Assembly: GCA_945860955.1 (NCBI GenBank)
Contig: CAMATH010000002.1
Span: 23,085 to 87,084, forward strand
Origin: Planctomicrobium piriforme
GTDB taxonomy: Bacteria; Planctomycetota; Planctomycetia; Planctomycetales; Planctomycetaceae
DNA: 64,000 nt
Reading direction: 5' to 3'
Positions 29,033-37,811 of the stretch are shown here, piece by piece (position 1 is the first letter of the stretch; each line of letters starts with the position of its first letter). The notes under the pieces were generated by a model, which was not told where the DNA came from, did not search any database, and was given only the letters and a program-made list of their open reading frames with translations. Made by a program: the position numbers and the translations under genes.

Positions 29033-29081
29033 ATTGTATACACCACGGGGTTCTGAATGCGACGTTTGCCAGAGGCCGCCG
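29033..29081 (-). promoter_or_regulatory. 49-nt conserved upstream motif, copy 1 (candidate promoter or 5' leader element)
   Basis: The minus-strand sequence cggcggcctctggcaaacgtcgcattcagaaccccgtggtgtatacaat matches 35043-35091 at about 39 of 49 positions by hand alignment. It ends ~37 nt before the proposed GTG start of the EEP-esterase gene. Confidence 0.5.
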
Positions 29082-29085
29082 GCAA

Positions 29086-31662
29086 TCACATCCGCCGTAA
29101 AGCCAGCGCGGTATGTCCCACACCCCGAGCGGCGACTTCCTTTGGCGTCCCCTCGGCGACCAACCTCCCTCCTTCCGCTCCCCCTTCCGGTCCCAGGTCG
29201 ATCACCCAGTCGGCGGCCGCGATGAGATCGAGCTGGTGTTCGATCACAATCACGCTGTGCCCCTGTTCCACCAGTTTCTGCAACACCGCCAGCAACCGCG
29301 ACACATCCGCCGGGTGCAGGCCGGTCGTTGGTTCATCCAGCACATACAACGTGTGGCCGGTGGATTCTCTTCCCAATTCGCACGCCAGTTTGACCCGTTG
29401 CGACTCCCCACCCGACAGCGTCGCCGCCGATTGTCCCAGCGCGAGATACCCCAGCCCCACATCGACGAACGTCTGCAACAGTCGTCGCACACGTTCGAGA
29501 TTCTGAAAGATCGGCAATGCCTCTTCAATCTTCAACTCGAGTAGTTCCGCCGCGTTTTTACCGAACAGCCGAGCTTCCAGTGTCTGGGGATTGAATCGCG
29601 CTCCACGGCAGACCGGGCAGAGCGTCTGCGCCTCGGGGAGCGCGTCAATCGCCAGGTGCCGCGTTCCCAATCCACGACAAGCGGCACACCGGCCGGCACT
29701 CGCTTGCAGACTGAATCGGTCGGCTCCGAACCCCAGCCGCCGCGCGTCGCGCGATCGCGCAAGCAGTCGTCGCAGCTCGGTCCAAATTCCCGAAAGTGTC
29801 GCCGGATTCGCCCGCGACGAACGTCCCAGTGGTGACTGATCCACCTCAATCAGTCGTGTGATCACCTCCGCCCCGGTCAAACGACCGACTCCCGGCAGTG
29901 CGACCTGCGGTGGGGCGGCCGGCGGTGTGGAGACCGGCCGGCGATCCGCACTCTTTCCACGTCGCCGCGCCGCGGGAACCTCAACAGCGGCTGGCCGCGA
30001 ATCGCGCCGCCGTAACGACTCGCGCACCAGTGGAACCAGCGTCTCGACAACCAGCGACGACTTTCCCGATCCACTGACGCCGGTCACGCAGGTGAAGACC
30101 CCCAATGGCAAATCGACCGACAACTGCTGGAGATTGCGAACGCCCCCTCCCTCAATCCGTAACATCCGCGCGCGGTCGATCGTCCGCGTCGCTTGTCCCC
30201 CGTTCTCCATTGGTCCCGTCAGGTATTTCCCGGTGACCGAATTGGGGTTCTGACGCACGTCGTCAATCGTTCCCTCGGCGATCACAAGTCCCCCTTCCCG
30301 CCCGGCACCCGGTCCCAGGTCGATCAACCATTCCGCTCGCGACATGACGGCCACATCATGCTCGACGACCAGCACTGTGTTTCCCTGGTCACGGAGCGCG
30401 AACAAGGCGCGTAATAGTCGTTCGGTATCGCGCGGGTGCAACCCCATCGTCGGTTCGTCGAGGACATACAGCACCCCCACCAGCCCCGAACCCAGAGCGC
30501 CGGCCAGACGGGCCCGCTGCAATTCTCCTCCCGACAGTGTGTCGAGTGGTCGATCGAGCGTTAGATAGTCCAAACCAACCTGCTTCAGGAATTCCAGCCG
30601 TCGCGCGATTTCCGGAATCACACGGGCCGCGACCGGTGACGGAACATTCTCCCAGTCGGCGATTTGATTCGCTGCCTCATCCACGGTCTTGCGATAAAAC
30701 GCCGGCAAAGTCAGGTCGCCAAACGTGACGCCGCGACCTGTTGATCCCAACCGTTCACCGTTGCACGTAGGACACGTGCCGGCGTCCTTTCGTCCCAGTC
30801 CGGCACAATCGGGGCAGGCTCCGTAGGGGCTGTTGAAATTCAACGTGCGCGGTTCCAACTCCGGCAGGCTGATCTGACAGTCGGGGCAGGCATGCCGGCT
30901 GCTGAAGAGCCGATCGCGCCACTGGCCATTCTCTTCGTGCGTGATGACGCAGGTCGCATTTCCCTGTTTGAGTGCCAACGCGACCGATTCTAACAGCCGT
31001 TGTCGCAAACCGTCTTTGACAATGATCCGGTCGACGACCACTTCCACATCGTGCGATTTGGTTTTCGCAAGCACCGGGGGCGACGCCGCGTCGATCAGCT
31101 CTCCATCGACGCGCGCCCTCACAAATCCCTCGCGGACAATCGCCTCGAACAGATCCCGATGCGTCCCCTTTTTGCCGCGCACGCGAGGAGCCAGGATCAT
31201 CACCTTGCGACCGGTCTCGAGCGACATGATCGCGTCGACGATCTGGTCGAGTGTTTGTGACGCGACTTCGCGTCGGCATTGCGGGCAATGCGCGGTCCCC
31301 GCCCGGGAGAACAACAGCCGCAGGAAGCTGGCAATTTCCGTCAGCGTCGCCAGGGTTCCCCGTGGCCCGCCAGCCGCATTCCGTTGAGAGACGGCGACAA
31401 CCGGGGGGAGTCCTGTCAGGCTGTCGAAATCGGGTCGCGGAAGCAGTTCGAGCCGATGTTTGACGCCGGGGGAAAGCGTCTCGAGGCACCGCCGCAGTCC
31501 CTCGGCGAATACCGTGTCGAATGCCAAAGAACTTTTCCCGCTGCCGCTCACTCCCGTGCAGACGACGAATCGCCCATGGGGTATCTGAACCGAGACCGAC
31601 CGCAAATTGTGAACCCGAGCCCCTGAGAGCGCGATGACGTCACGGAATGGCATCATGTCCAC
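29086..31662 (-). CDS. uvrA: UvrA-family excinuclease ATPase (short form)
   Basis: Collinear with UvrA: GARVHNL, TGVSGSGKSSLAFDT, zinc modules (CPQC, CPDC..CPDCAGLG, CPTCNG, CPVCRG), two ABC signature/Walker B regions and a GTPKEVA-like C-terminus. At 858 aa it is shorter than the ~940 aa I recall for E. coli UvrA. Confidence 0.9.
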   Translation of the reverse strand: MDMMPFRDVIALSGARVHNLRSVSVQIPHGRFVVCTGVSGSGKSSLAFDTVFAEGLRRCLETLSPGVKHRLELLPRPDFDSLTGLPPVVAVSQRNAAGGPRGTLATLTEIASFLRLLFSRAGTAHCPQCRREVASQTLDQIVDAIMSLETGRKVMILAPRVRGKKGTHRDLFEAIVREGFVRARVDGELIDAASPPVLAKTKSHDVEVVVDRIIVKDGLRQRLLESVALALKQGNATCVITHEENGQWRDRLFSSRHACPDCQISLPELEPRTLNFNSPYGACPDCAGLGRKDAGTCPTCNGERLGSTGRGVTFGDLTLPAFYRKTVDEAANQIADWENVPSPVAARVIPEIARRLEFLKQVGLDYLTLDRPLDTLSGGELQRARLAGALGSGLVGVLYVLDEPTMGLHPRDTERLLRALFALRDQGNTVLVVEHDVAVMSRAEWLIDLGPGAGREGGLVIAEGTIDDVRQNPNSVTGKYLTGPMENGGQATRTIDRARMLRIEGGGVRNLQQLSVDLPLGVFTCVTGVSGSGKSSLVVETLVPLVRESLRRRDSRPAAVEVPAARRRGKSADRRPVSTPPAAPPQVALPGVGRLTGAEVITRLIEVDQSPLGRSSRANPATLSGIWTELRRLLARSRDARRLGFGADRFSLQASAGRCAACRGLGTRHLAIDALPEAQTLCPVCRGARFNPQTLEARLFGKNAAELLELKIEEALPIFQNLERVRRLLQTFVDVGLGYLALGQSAATLSGGESQRVKLACELGRESTGHTLYVLDEPTTGLHPADVSRLLAVLQKLVEQGHSVIVIEHQLDLIAAADWVIDLGPEGGAEGGRLVAEGTPKEVAARGVGHTALALRRM

Positions 31663-31741
31663 AACAGCCTGGAATTTCGGAGTCTCCGACCGGCACCTGC
31701 GGTCCCCTTAGGCGAGCCGCGGAGCGTCTCGCCGACAACTC

Positions 31742-32557
31742 TCACTCCACCGCCAGCCGCGACTCGGTCCGCACTCCCCGCAGATCCATTTCGTATTCAA
31801 TTTCCACGATCGGAGGGCGGGTGTCGTACCAGACGACTCCGCGACGGGCGGCGACGCCGATCCGCGGCAGGAGCGCTTCTGGGAGTATCCGGTCGAGGCC
31901 GTGAATGGTGTAGACATCGATCGCCGACACGTCGGGCCAGTCGGCCCCCAGCGCGTGCAGACGGCCTTCCATCAGATCCATCACGAACCGGGCTTTCGCC
32001 ACCAACCCGTTCGGCGAAACGTCTCCCCGCGCGATGATCGCGTCAGCCCCCAGAATCCCCTCTGGGAGTTCCCCTCCCCCCGCGACGATGAATGTCTTCG
32101 ATTGGGTGAACGGGCAGGGCCGGGTGTATGAGAACGCGAACAGACACGGTTCGTCGACACGGGCGGTCTCGGGGGCCACGTTGGTCCGCGCGACGGGATT
32201 CACGCCATCGACGAACAACCCCCAGTCGGCGAGGACGCTGGCGTAACCGGCGTTGAATTCCCCGAAGCCGGCGAAGGTGAACGGTGCGGGCGATCGCAGC
32301 TCCATCGCGCACAGCGCCGCCCGGGGACGATGATGCGACGCCAGAAAATTATCGATCACCGTGAACCCCTTCCGCCAGGGAATGGGCCGATCGAGCGTGA
32401 CATGCACAATCTCGAACCCCGGTATCGACACCACGCCCCCGGAATACGGCGCGATCCCCGGGAGAAAGGCATACTGGCCCGCGGGATGTTCAACAAGTGG
32501 CATGAGAACCTGCGCGAAAAAACTGGGGAGAGGATCGATGCGCGTTGGAAGAAGCAT
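31742..32557 (-). CDS. hypothetical protein
   Basis: ORF with ordinary composition and coding-like periodicity. No family confidently recognised. Confidence 0.5.
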   Translation of the reverse strand: MLLPTRIDPLPSFFAQVLMPLVEHPAGQYAFLPGIAPYSGGVVSIPGFEIVHVTLDRPIPWRKGFTVIDNFLASHHRPRAALCAMELRSPAPFTFAGFGEFNAGYASVLADWGLFVDGVNPVARTNVAPETARVDEPCLFAFSYTRPCPFTQSKTFIVAGGGELPEGILGADAIIARGDVSPNGLVAKARFVMDLMEGRLHALGADWPDVSAIDVYTIHGLDRILPEALLPRIGVAARRGVVWYDTRPPIVEIEYEMDLRGVRTESRLAVE

Positions 32558-32616
32558 CCGTTCCGAACAATAACAGGCAGCCGCGTTGGAACGAGGCGGC
32601 TGCCCGAACGTGACGA

Positions 32617-33381
32617 CTACTTCGCGAGCGGAGCCGGTTTGATCTCACGCACCCAGATGTTGCGGAACCGAACCGGATTCCCATGGAACTGGATGTGGAT
32701 CGGTCCCTTCTCCGGATGCGGGTTGTCGTAAGCCGGGGGTCGCTCGAAGAACGTTCCCCCCTTGAATTCGAAATTGTTCTGAATCAACACGCCGTTGTGC
32801 AGCACGGTGATCGTCGCCGGCTTGATCACCTTCCCCCTGTCGTCCATTCGCGGCGCGTTGAAGATGATGTCGTACGTTTGCCATTCACCCGGCTTGCGGC
32901 AGGCGTTGACCATCGGGGGAGTCTGCTTATAGAGCGACCCCGCCTGGCCGTCGAAATAGGTCTTATTGATGAACGAGTCGAGAATCTGAACTTCGTAGCG
33001 TCCCATCAGGTAAACACCGCTGTTACCGCGTCCCTGTCCTTCTCCTTCGACCTTCTCGGGGGACGCCCATTCCAAGTGGAGCTGGCAATCACCGAACGAA
33101 TCTTTTGTGTTGATGCCGGTCTCTTTCGAGACGGCGAAACCGTCGCGAATTTCCCATTTGTCACCCCCCTGCCACTGGTCGAGCGACTTCCCGTTGAACA
33201 GAACGCGGGCGTCGGACGGAGGGCCACCGGCCGGACCGGGATCCACCACCACCGGCTCGGCCCAGTTGATGCCGCTCTTGTACTCATCCACGAAGGCGGC
33301 GTTCACGGCCAATGTCACTCCCGTCAGCAGAACAATCATCACCCCCCGGGCCGGGCGGTGCCAGAAAGACCCATCGCGCAT
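32617..33381 (-). CDS. DUF1080 (3-keto-disaccharide hydrolase-like) secreted protein
   Basis: Contains [39 protein letters not shown] and [14 protein letters not shown], the pattern characteristic of DUF1080. The likely start is MRDGSFW (33381). Confidence 0.75.
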   Translation of the reverse strand: MRDGSFWHRPARGVMIVLLTGVTLAVNAAFVDEYKSGINWAEPVVVDPGPAGGPPSDARVLFNGKSLDQWQGGDKWEIRDGFAVSKETGINTKDSFGDCQLHLEWASPEKVEGEGQGRGNSGVYLMGRYEVQILDSFINKTYFDGQAGSLYKQTPPMVNACRKPGEWQTYDIIFNAPRMDDRGKVIKPATITVLHNGVLIQNNFEFKGGTFFERPPAYDNPHPEKGPIHIQFHGNPVRFRNIWVREIKPAPLAK

Positions 33382-33491
33382 CTGGAATCTCCGTGTGCAA
33401 GTGAATTCGAATGGCGAATCCGCGAGGAACGAATCCGCGTCAACTTCGCGGAAGCATAACCGGCGTCGGGGGATCGCTCCAGCAAGTCGCG

Positions 33492-35009
33492 TCACTCGGC
33501 GACGTCGCTCTCACCCAGGTTCGTATCCCCATCCTCCGCCAGCTCGGTCACGCCGTCGAGCGTCACCAGGAGCAGTTTTCGGCAGAGCGGGTGGTCCATC
33601 ACACGGTAGTCCGCCGCGACGCGCTTCCGCACGTGATTGACCGCGTCCGACGAATGCAGGCTGACCCCCACCAGGAAATCCCGGCTCGGTATTCCGACCG
33701 CGAATGGGGTCGCCAGGACACCTCGCAGCCGATCGAGAAACGACTCGCTGAGCAACCGCGAAGCGTTGTAGGCATCGGGCCGCGACGGCATCAGAAGCCG
33801 CGGTCCCTCGGTGTCCCCCGCCAGAGAGAAGTCCATCGGATGTTTGTCGAAATAGCCCTGCATATTCGCGATGGCCAACTCGTGCAGTTCCTCGGAACCC
33901 AACTCCCATTTCTGCATCAGCTCGCGGCGAATGAACCAATAGGCGTGGGATTCATCGACGACGTACAGCACCACCAGTCCCGCCACCCAGGGAGTCGCGA
34001 CCAGTTCGGGCAACCGTTCCTGCCAGTCTTCCTCCGGGTAGAGCATGGGCATGATGCGCGAACGAACCGTTTCCAGCCCGGGATCGGTCTGTTTCTCACC
34101 CCATCCCTGAACCTGGAAAATTGTTGTCAGCGCGGGGAGAATGATCTCTTCGAAATTCTGGGGGGAATTCACATAGGTGCGATAGAAATTCGTCAGATTG
34201 ACGCGGGTGTCGCCAATGCGGACTTGAAAATCGGGTGCGATCGCGCATTCCTGCTGGGGGAATTTCCTTTGGACCAGATCGAGAACATTGCGGGCGAACA
34301 CCTCCTGGGGACAGGCCGGGTGGTCACGGAGTTCCATCGAGCCGACAATCATCCCGGCGATTGTCGCTGACTCGGGATCAGCGACCGGCGGAGCGAGGTA
34401 CATCGCGATCAGACTGAGTCGGCGATGTGCCACGCCCCAAGCGCGCCAGCGACGCCAGACCGCGCGACGCAACAGCCGGCGGTACCAGGGGGGCTTGCGA
34501 CCCAGAACCCCTTCCCCTTCCCAGCCGAGCGACCGCTCTCCCAGTTCGGGGTTCTTGAGCGACCGGATCTTGCGGGTCTTGTAGAACAGGCGATTCAGCT
34601 TAATCAGGCGTTCCGGCGAGATCTCCCGATCGTCTTCCACCCAGACACACTGCATCGACAACGTCCCGCCGCCGTCCGGTGCGGTCAATGTCACCCCGCC
34701 CTCCGACTCTTCAACGCTCCAGCTTGCCGGGTGCCAGAGGACGAACCACTGGTTCGGACCGGTATGCTGGATCCAATGGGCGGGAGGGGTCAGGGACAAA
34801 CCAACTGCCGTTTCTGTGTTCAGATGAGTTCCAGGGACAAGTATTTTCAAATTGTCATCTCTCGCGCTGGCGATTTCCACCCCGACTAAAGATTTTGCGG
34901 AATCCGCCCGCGCCCGATATACTGCTTTCGGTCGAATGTGAGACGTCGGCTCGGTAGGACGGGTCTCTGACCCGTCCGCCCAAAAATAGCGGCTTGTGTT
35001 CCGTTTCAA
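33492..35009 (-). CDS. hypothetical protein, C-terminal half possibly DUF1444/YtpQ-like
   Basis: Long ORF. The C-terminal pattern (..[35 protein letters not shown]..) resembles DUF1444 from memory. The first ~40 codons overlie REP hairpins, so the real start is probably internal (e.g. GTG 34880). Confidence 0.5.
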   Translation of the reverse strand: MKRNTSRYFWADGSETRPTEPTSHIRPKAVYRARADSAKSLVGVEIASARDDNLKILVPGTHLNTETAVGLSLTPPAHWIQHTGPNQWFVLWHPASWSVEESEGGVTLTAPDGGGTLSMQCVWVEDDREISPERLIKLNRLFYKTRKIRSLKNPELGERSLGWEGEGVLGRKPPWYRRLLRRAVWRRWRAWGVAHRRLSLIAMYLAPPVADPESATIAGMIVGSMELRDHPACPQEVFARNVLDLVQRKFPQQECAIAPDFQVRIGDTRVNLTNFYRTYVNSPQNFEEIILPALTTIFQVQGWGEKQTDPGLETVRSRIMPMLYPEEDWQERLPELVATPWVAGLVVLYVVDESHAYWFIRRELMQKWELGSEELHELAIANMQGYFDKHPMDFSLAGDTEGPRLLMPSRPDAYNASRLLSESFLDRLRGVLATPFAVGIPSRDFLVGVSLHSSDAVNHVRKRVAADYRVMDHPLCRKLLLVTLDGVTELAEDGDTNLGESDVAE

Positions 35010-35040
35010 GTTCCGAGCCGGACGGGCCAGAGGCCCGTCC
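34957..35040. repeat. inverted pair of GGACGGG..CCCGTCC hairpin units
   Basis: ggacgggtctctgacccgtcc (34957-34977) and ggacgggccagaggcccgtcc (35020-35040) lie in opposite orientation in the divergent intergenic region. Confidence 0.75.
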
Positions 35041-35042
35041 TA

Positions 35043-35091
35043 CGGCGGTCTTTGGCAAACGTCTCATTCAAGGCCGCGTGGAGTATCGAAT
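35043..35091 (+). promoter_or_regulatory. 49-nt conserved upstream motif, copy 2
   Basis: cggcggtctttggcaaacgtctcattcaaggccgcgtggagtatcgaat ends 36 nt before ATG 35128. It is the same motif, with the same spacing, as 29033-29081 on the other strand. Confidence 0.5.
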
Positions 35092-35127
35092 GCGATCTCC
35101 CTCCATCCGTCCGAGATTCCCACCACC

Positions 35128-37548
35128 ATGAGCCTGTTGCACCCCGCGCTGTTGTTCGGCATGGCGCTTGTCCTGCTCCCCGTGGTGCTGCACCTGCTGA
35201 TGAAGGCCAAGCCCAAGAAACTGGTCTTCCCCGCGCTGCGACTGATTCAAAGTCGACAGAAAACCAACTCCCGAAGAATGCGGCTGCGTCACTTGTGGTT
35301 GCTCTTGCTGCGAATGGGGATCCTGGCGGCGCTGGTCTTCGCGCTGACCCGGCCGCGAGTTCCCGCTGGGGAATACGCACTCTCGGGCGGGGACTGGCTC
35401 CGTCTGCTGACGGTCATCGCAGCGTGCGTCGGCCTGTATTTTGGCCTGTTGCAACTTTGGAAACGTCGCCGACTCCCGGAACATGAAGTCGCGTGGCGGC
35501 GCACGTTGCTCCGGGCGGGAGTGGGGGTTGTCGCGCTGGTGGGATTGCTGTTGGGATTTCTGCTGCCGTACCAGTCGCGTGTTTGGGCATCGATGACCGC
35601 TCCAGGAGTGGTTGTCGACGAGACGCTTCCCGTGACTGCCGTCATGCTGTTCGACACCAGTCTCAGTATGGAGTATCAGCAGGAAAGCCAGACCCGTCTG
35701 GAAGTCGCCCGACAGATCGCACAACGGCACTTGAACTCACTTCCACGAGGCAGCCGGGTCGCGATTTGCGATACCTCTTCCGACGCCGTCGTTCGCTTTC
35801 TGCCCGACCTGTCGGCCGCCGTCAAACGAGTCGCCGCTCTGACCACCACCCCCGCTTCTCGCAACGTCGACGACCGACTGCTGTCGGCGATTGATGCCCA
35901 CCTCGAAGATCAGCAACAACAGTTGCCCGCCGCCGGTACGGAAGTAACCGCCGGCGAAACCCCCACGGACACGGCGATCCGTGAGGTGTACGTCTTTTCG
36001 GATCTGACCGGCATGGCGTTTCGCCGGGAGGCGTCACCGCGGCTGAAAGAATCGCTCGCGGCACTCCCGGGCCTGGGGCTGTACTTCATCGACGTGGGCA
36101 TCGACTCCCCTTCAAATGTGGGGGTCACCGAACTCGTGATGTCTGAGCAGTCGGTCGCACTGGGAAGTGAGGTTCTCCTGCAGGCGCGACTCGATGGCGT
36201 GGGCGGCGGACTGGGGGAGAAGATCGTCGAGATCTATGTCGAGAACCGCGCGGGGAAACTCACCAAGCAGGGGGCACCGCAAACGGTCACTGTTGATGGT
36301 GCGGGGGGAGCCACCGCGCAATTCACGATTCGCGCCGCCGAAGGGCCGTTGTTGCAAGGGGAGGTACGGCTTCTCGCGAGTGACCCACTGTCGTTTGACG
36401 ACGTGCGGCGGTTCACATTGCGAGTGCATCCGGCGGCGGAGATTCTGCTGGTCGCCGACGTGGCGGCAGACACACGTCATGTGTACGACTCCCTTTCCCC
36501 GGCGGCTCTTGTTGAAGTGGGACGGTCACCGTTCCGCTGCCGGGTGATTCGCCCTGAGCAGCTTGCGACAGAGAAACTCTCGCAGGCGTCGGTCGTCTGT
36601 CTGCTGAACGTGTCGGATCCGCGCGACGCGGGCTGGAAGGCGCTCGCGGAGTATGTTGAACAGGGGGGCAGCGCCGCCGTCGTCCTGGGTGATCGCGTCA
36701 AACATGCCGCCTACCTGACCGAGTCGGCGCTCCGCGTTCTGCCGGGTGAACTGGGGGCCGCGTTGACGTTCAAGCCTCCCGAGTATCTCGATCTGCAGAA
36801 TCTCAATCATCCGCTGCTCAAGCGGTTTGACGACTGGGGGGCGGCGGGACTCAAGGCCGAGCCGATTTTGAAATATTGGCGCGTCGACCCGACCCGCGAC
36901 ACCGCCGTCATCGCCCGCTACACCGACCCCCGGCAGGGACCGGCGCTCATCGAGAAAGCGGTGGGGAAGGGGCGGGTGTTGATGCTGACCACGTCGCTCG
37001 ACCGCCGGGGATGGAACGACCTGCCTGTGGCGGGCTGGGAATTCGTCGGTCTCGTCGATCAGATGATGACCTACCTGGGGCGCGGCTCCCAGGCCGTCTA
37101 CAACCATCTGGCGGGGGAAGAGGTTCTGCTTCCGCTCGATCTTTCGCAGCCTCTCCCCGGGTACCTGCTACGGAAACCCGGTCAGCAGCAGTTGAAGGGA
37201 GAGGTGACTCCCGGGGTTCCACATCTGGTGGTGCGTGATGTCGACCAGCTCGGGAATTACCGGGTCAATTCGTCAGACCCCGCGGTGAAATACGAACAGG
37301 GATTCAGCGTCAATGCCGACGGAAGGGAAAGCAATCTGACCCGGCTCGCGCGAATCGACCTGGATGAACGCCTGGGGAAAGACCGCTACAGCGTCGCCCG
37401 GGACGTGGAGAAACTCCGGCGGAATGTGCAGACCGGTAGGCAGGGGCACGAGGTATTTCCGTTTGTGTCTCTGCTTCTCTTGGCGATCTTTCTGGGAGAA
37501 CATCTGGTCGCGAACAAGTTCTACGACGTCGAACGCGCCGCGGCTTAA
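35128..37548 (+). CDS. BatA-like N-terminal double-TM domain + vWA-like domain membrane protein
   Basis: The N-terminus MSLLHPALLFGMALVLLPVVLHLLMKAKPKKLVFPALRLI is typical of the aerotolerance BatA N-terminal domain. There is a MIDAS-like LFDTSLSM motif and a C-terminal TM. ATG at 35128. Confidence 0.75.
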   Translation: MSLLHPALLFGMALVLLPVVLHLLMKAKPKKLVFPALRLIQSRQKTNSRRMRLRHLWLLLLRMGILAALVFALTRPRVPAGEYALSGGDWLRLLTVIAACVGLYFGLLQLWKRRRLPEHEVAWRRTLLRAGVGVVALVGLLLGFLLPYQSRVWASMTAPGVVVDETLPVTAVMLFDTSLSMEYQQESQTRLEVARQIAQRHLNSLPRGSRVAICDTSSDAVVRFLPDLSAAVKRVAALTTTPASRNVDDRLLSAIDAHLEDQQQQLPAAGTEVTAGETPTDTAIREVYVFSDLTGMAFRREASPRLKESLAALPGLGLYFIDVGIDSPSNVGVTELVMSEQSVALGSEVLLQARLDGVGGGLGEKIVEIYVENRAGKLTKQGAPQTVTVDGAGGATAQFTIRAAEGPLLQGEVRLLASDPLSFDDVRRFTLRVHPAAEILLVADVAADTRHVYDSLSPAALVEVGRSPFRCRVIRPEQLATEKLSQASVVCLLNVSDPRDAGWKALAEYVEQGGSAAVVLGDRVKHAAYLTESALRVLPGELGAALTFKPPEYLDLQNLNHPLLKRFDDWGAAGLKAEPILKYWRVDPTRDTAVIARYTDPRQGPALIEKAVGKGRVLMLTTSLDRRGWNDLPVAGWEFVGLVDQMMTYLGRGSQAVYNHLAGEEVLLPLDLSQPLPGYLLRKPGQQQLKGEVTPGVPHLVVRDVDQLGNYRVNSSDPAVKYEQGFSVNADGRESNLTRLARIDLDERLGKDRYSVARDVEKLRRNVQTGRQGHEVFPFVSLLLLAIFLGEHLVANKFYDVERAAA

Positions 37549-37624
37549 CAGGACCAACAACGTCAAAAAAACGTCGGGTGATGGGCGGTCGAAAAAGGGA
37601 GGAAAGGATGAAAACCCGTACTAG

Positions 37625-37797
37625 GAGGGGCGTCGCGAAATGGCGAGAGTCCCGGCGAAGAGGCGAAGCCCCGACAGCGTCCAATTCATTTCGCGACGGA
37701 CGGCTCGGTTGTGAGGTTGCGCCAGCCCGGAGTGCGTCGAGTGACGGAGTTCGCACAGCGGGCCGCGCACTCGGAGAGTGCGGGCTACATTCCGCCG
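37625..37797 (+). repeat. ~175-nt dispersed repeat, copy 2 (between convergent genes)
   Basis: Matches the reverse complement of 22241-22420. It has an internal 11-bp inverted repeat, gtcgcgaaatg (37632-37642) / catttcgcgac (37687-37697), and a cgcactc-gga-gagtgcg hairpin. Confidence 0.75.
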
Positions 37798-37811
37798 CGT
37801 TATGTACAATG

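Noticed and set aside
29060-29076. Sigma-54 promoter reading of TGGCAAACGTCGCATT within the shared 49-nt motif
   Set aside because: The GG and GC elements are not at the canonical spacing, and the second copy (35052-35068) lacks the GC dinucleotide. A TTGGCA/-10 sigma-70 reading also fails, because the spacer is about 26 nt.
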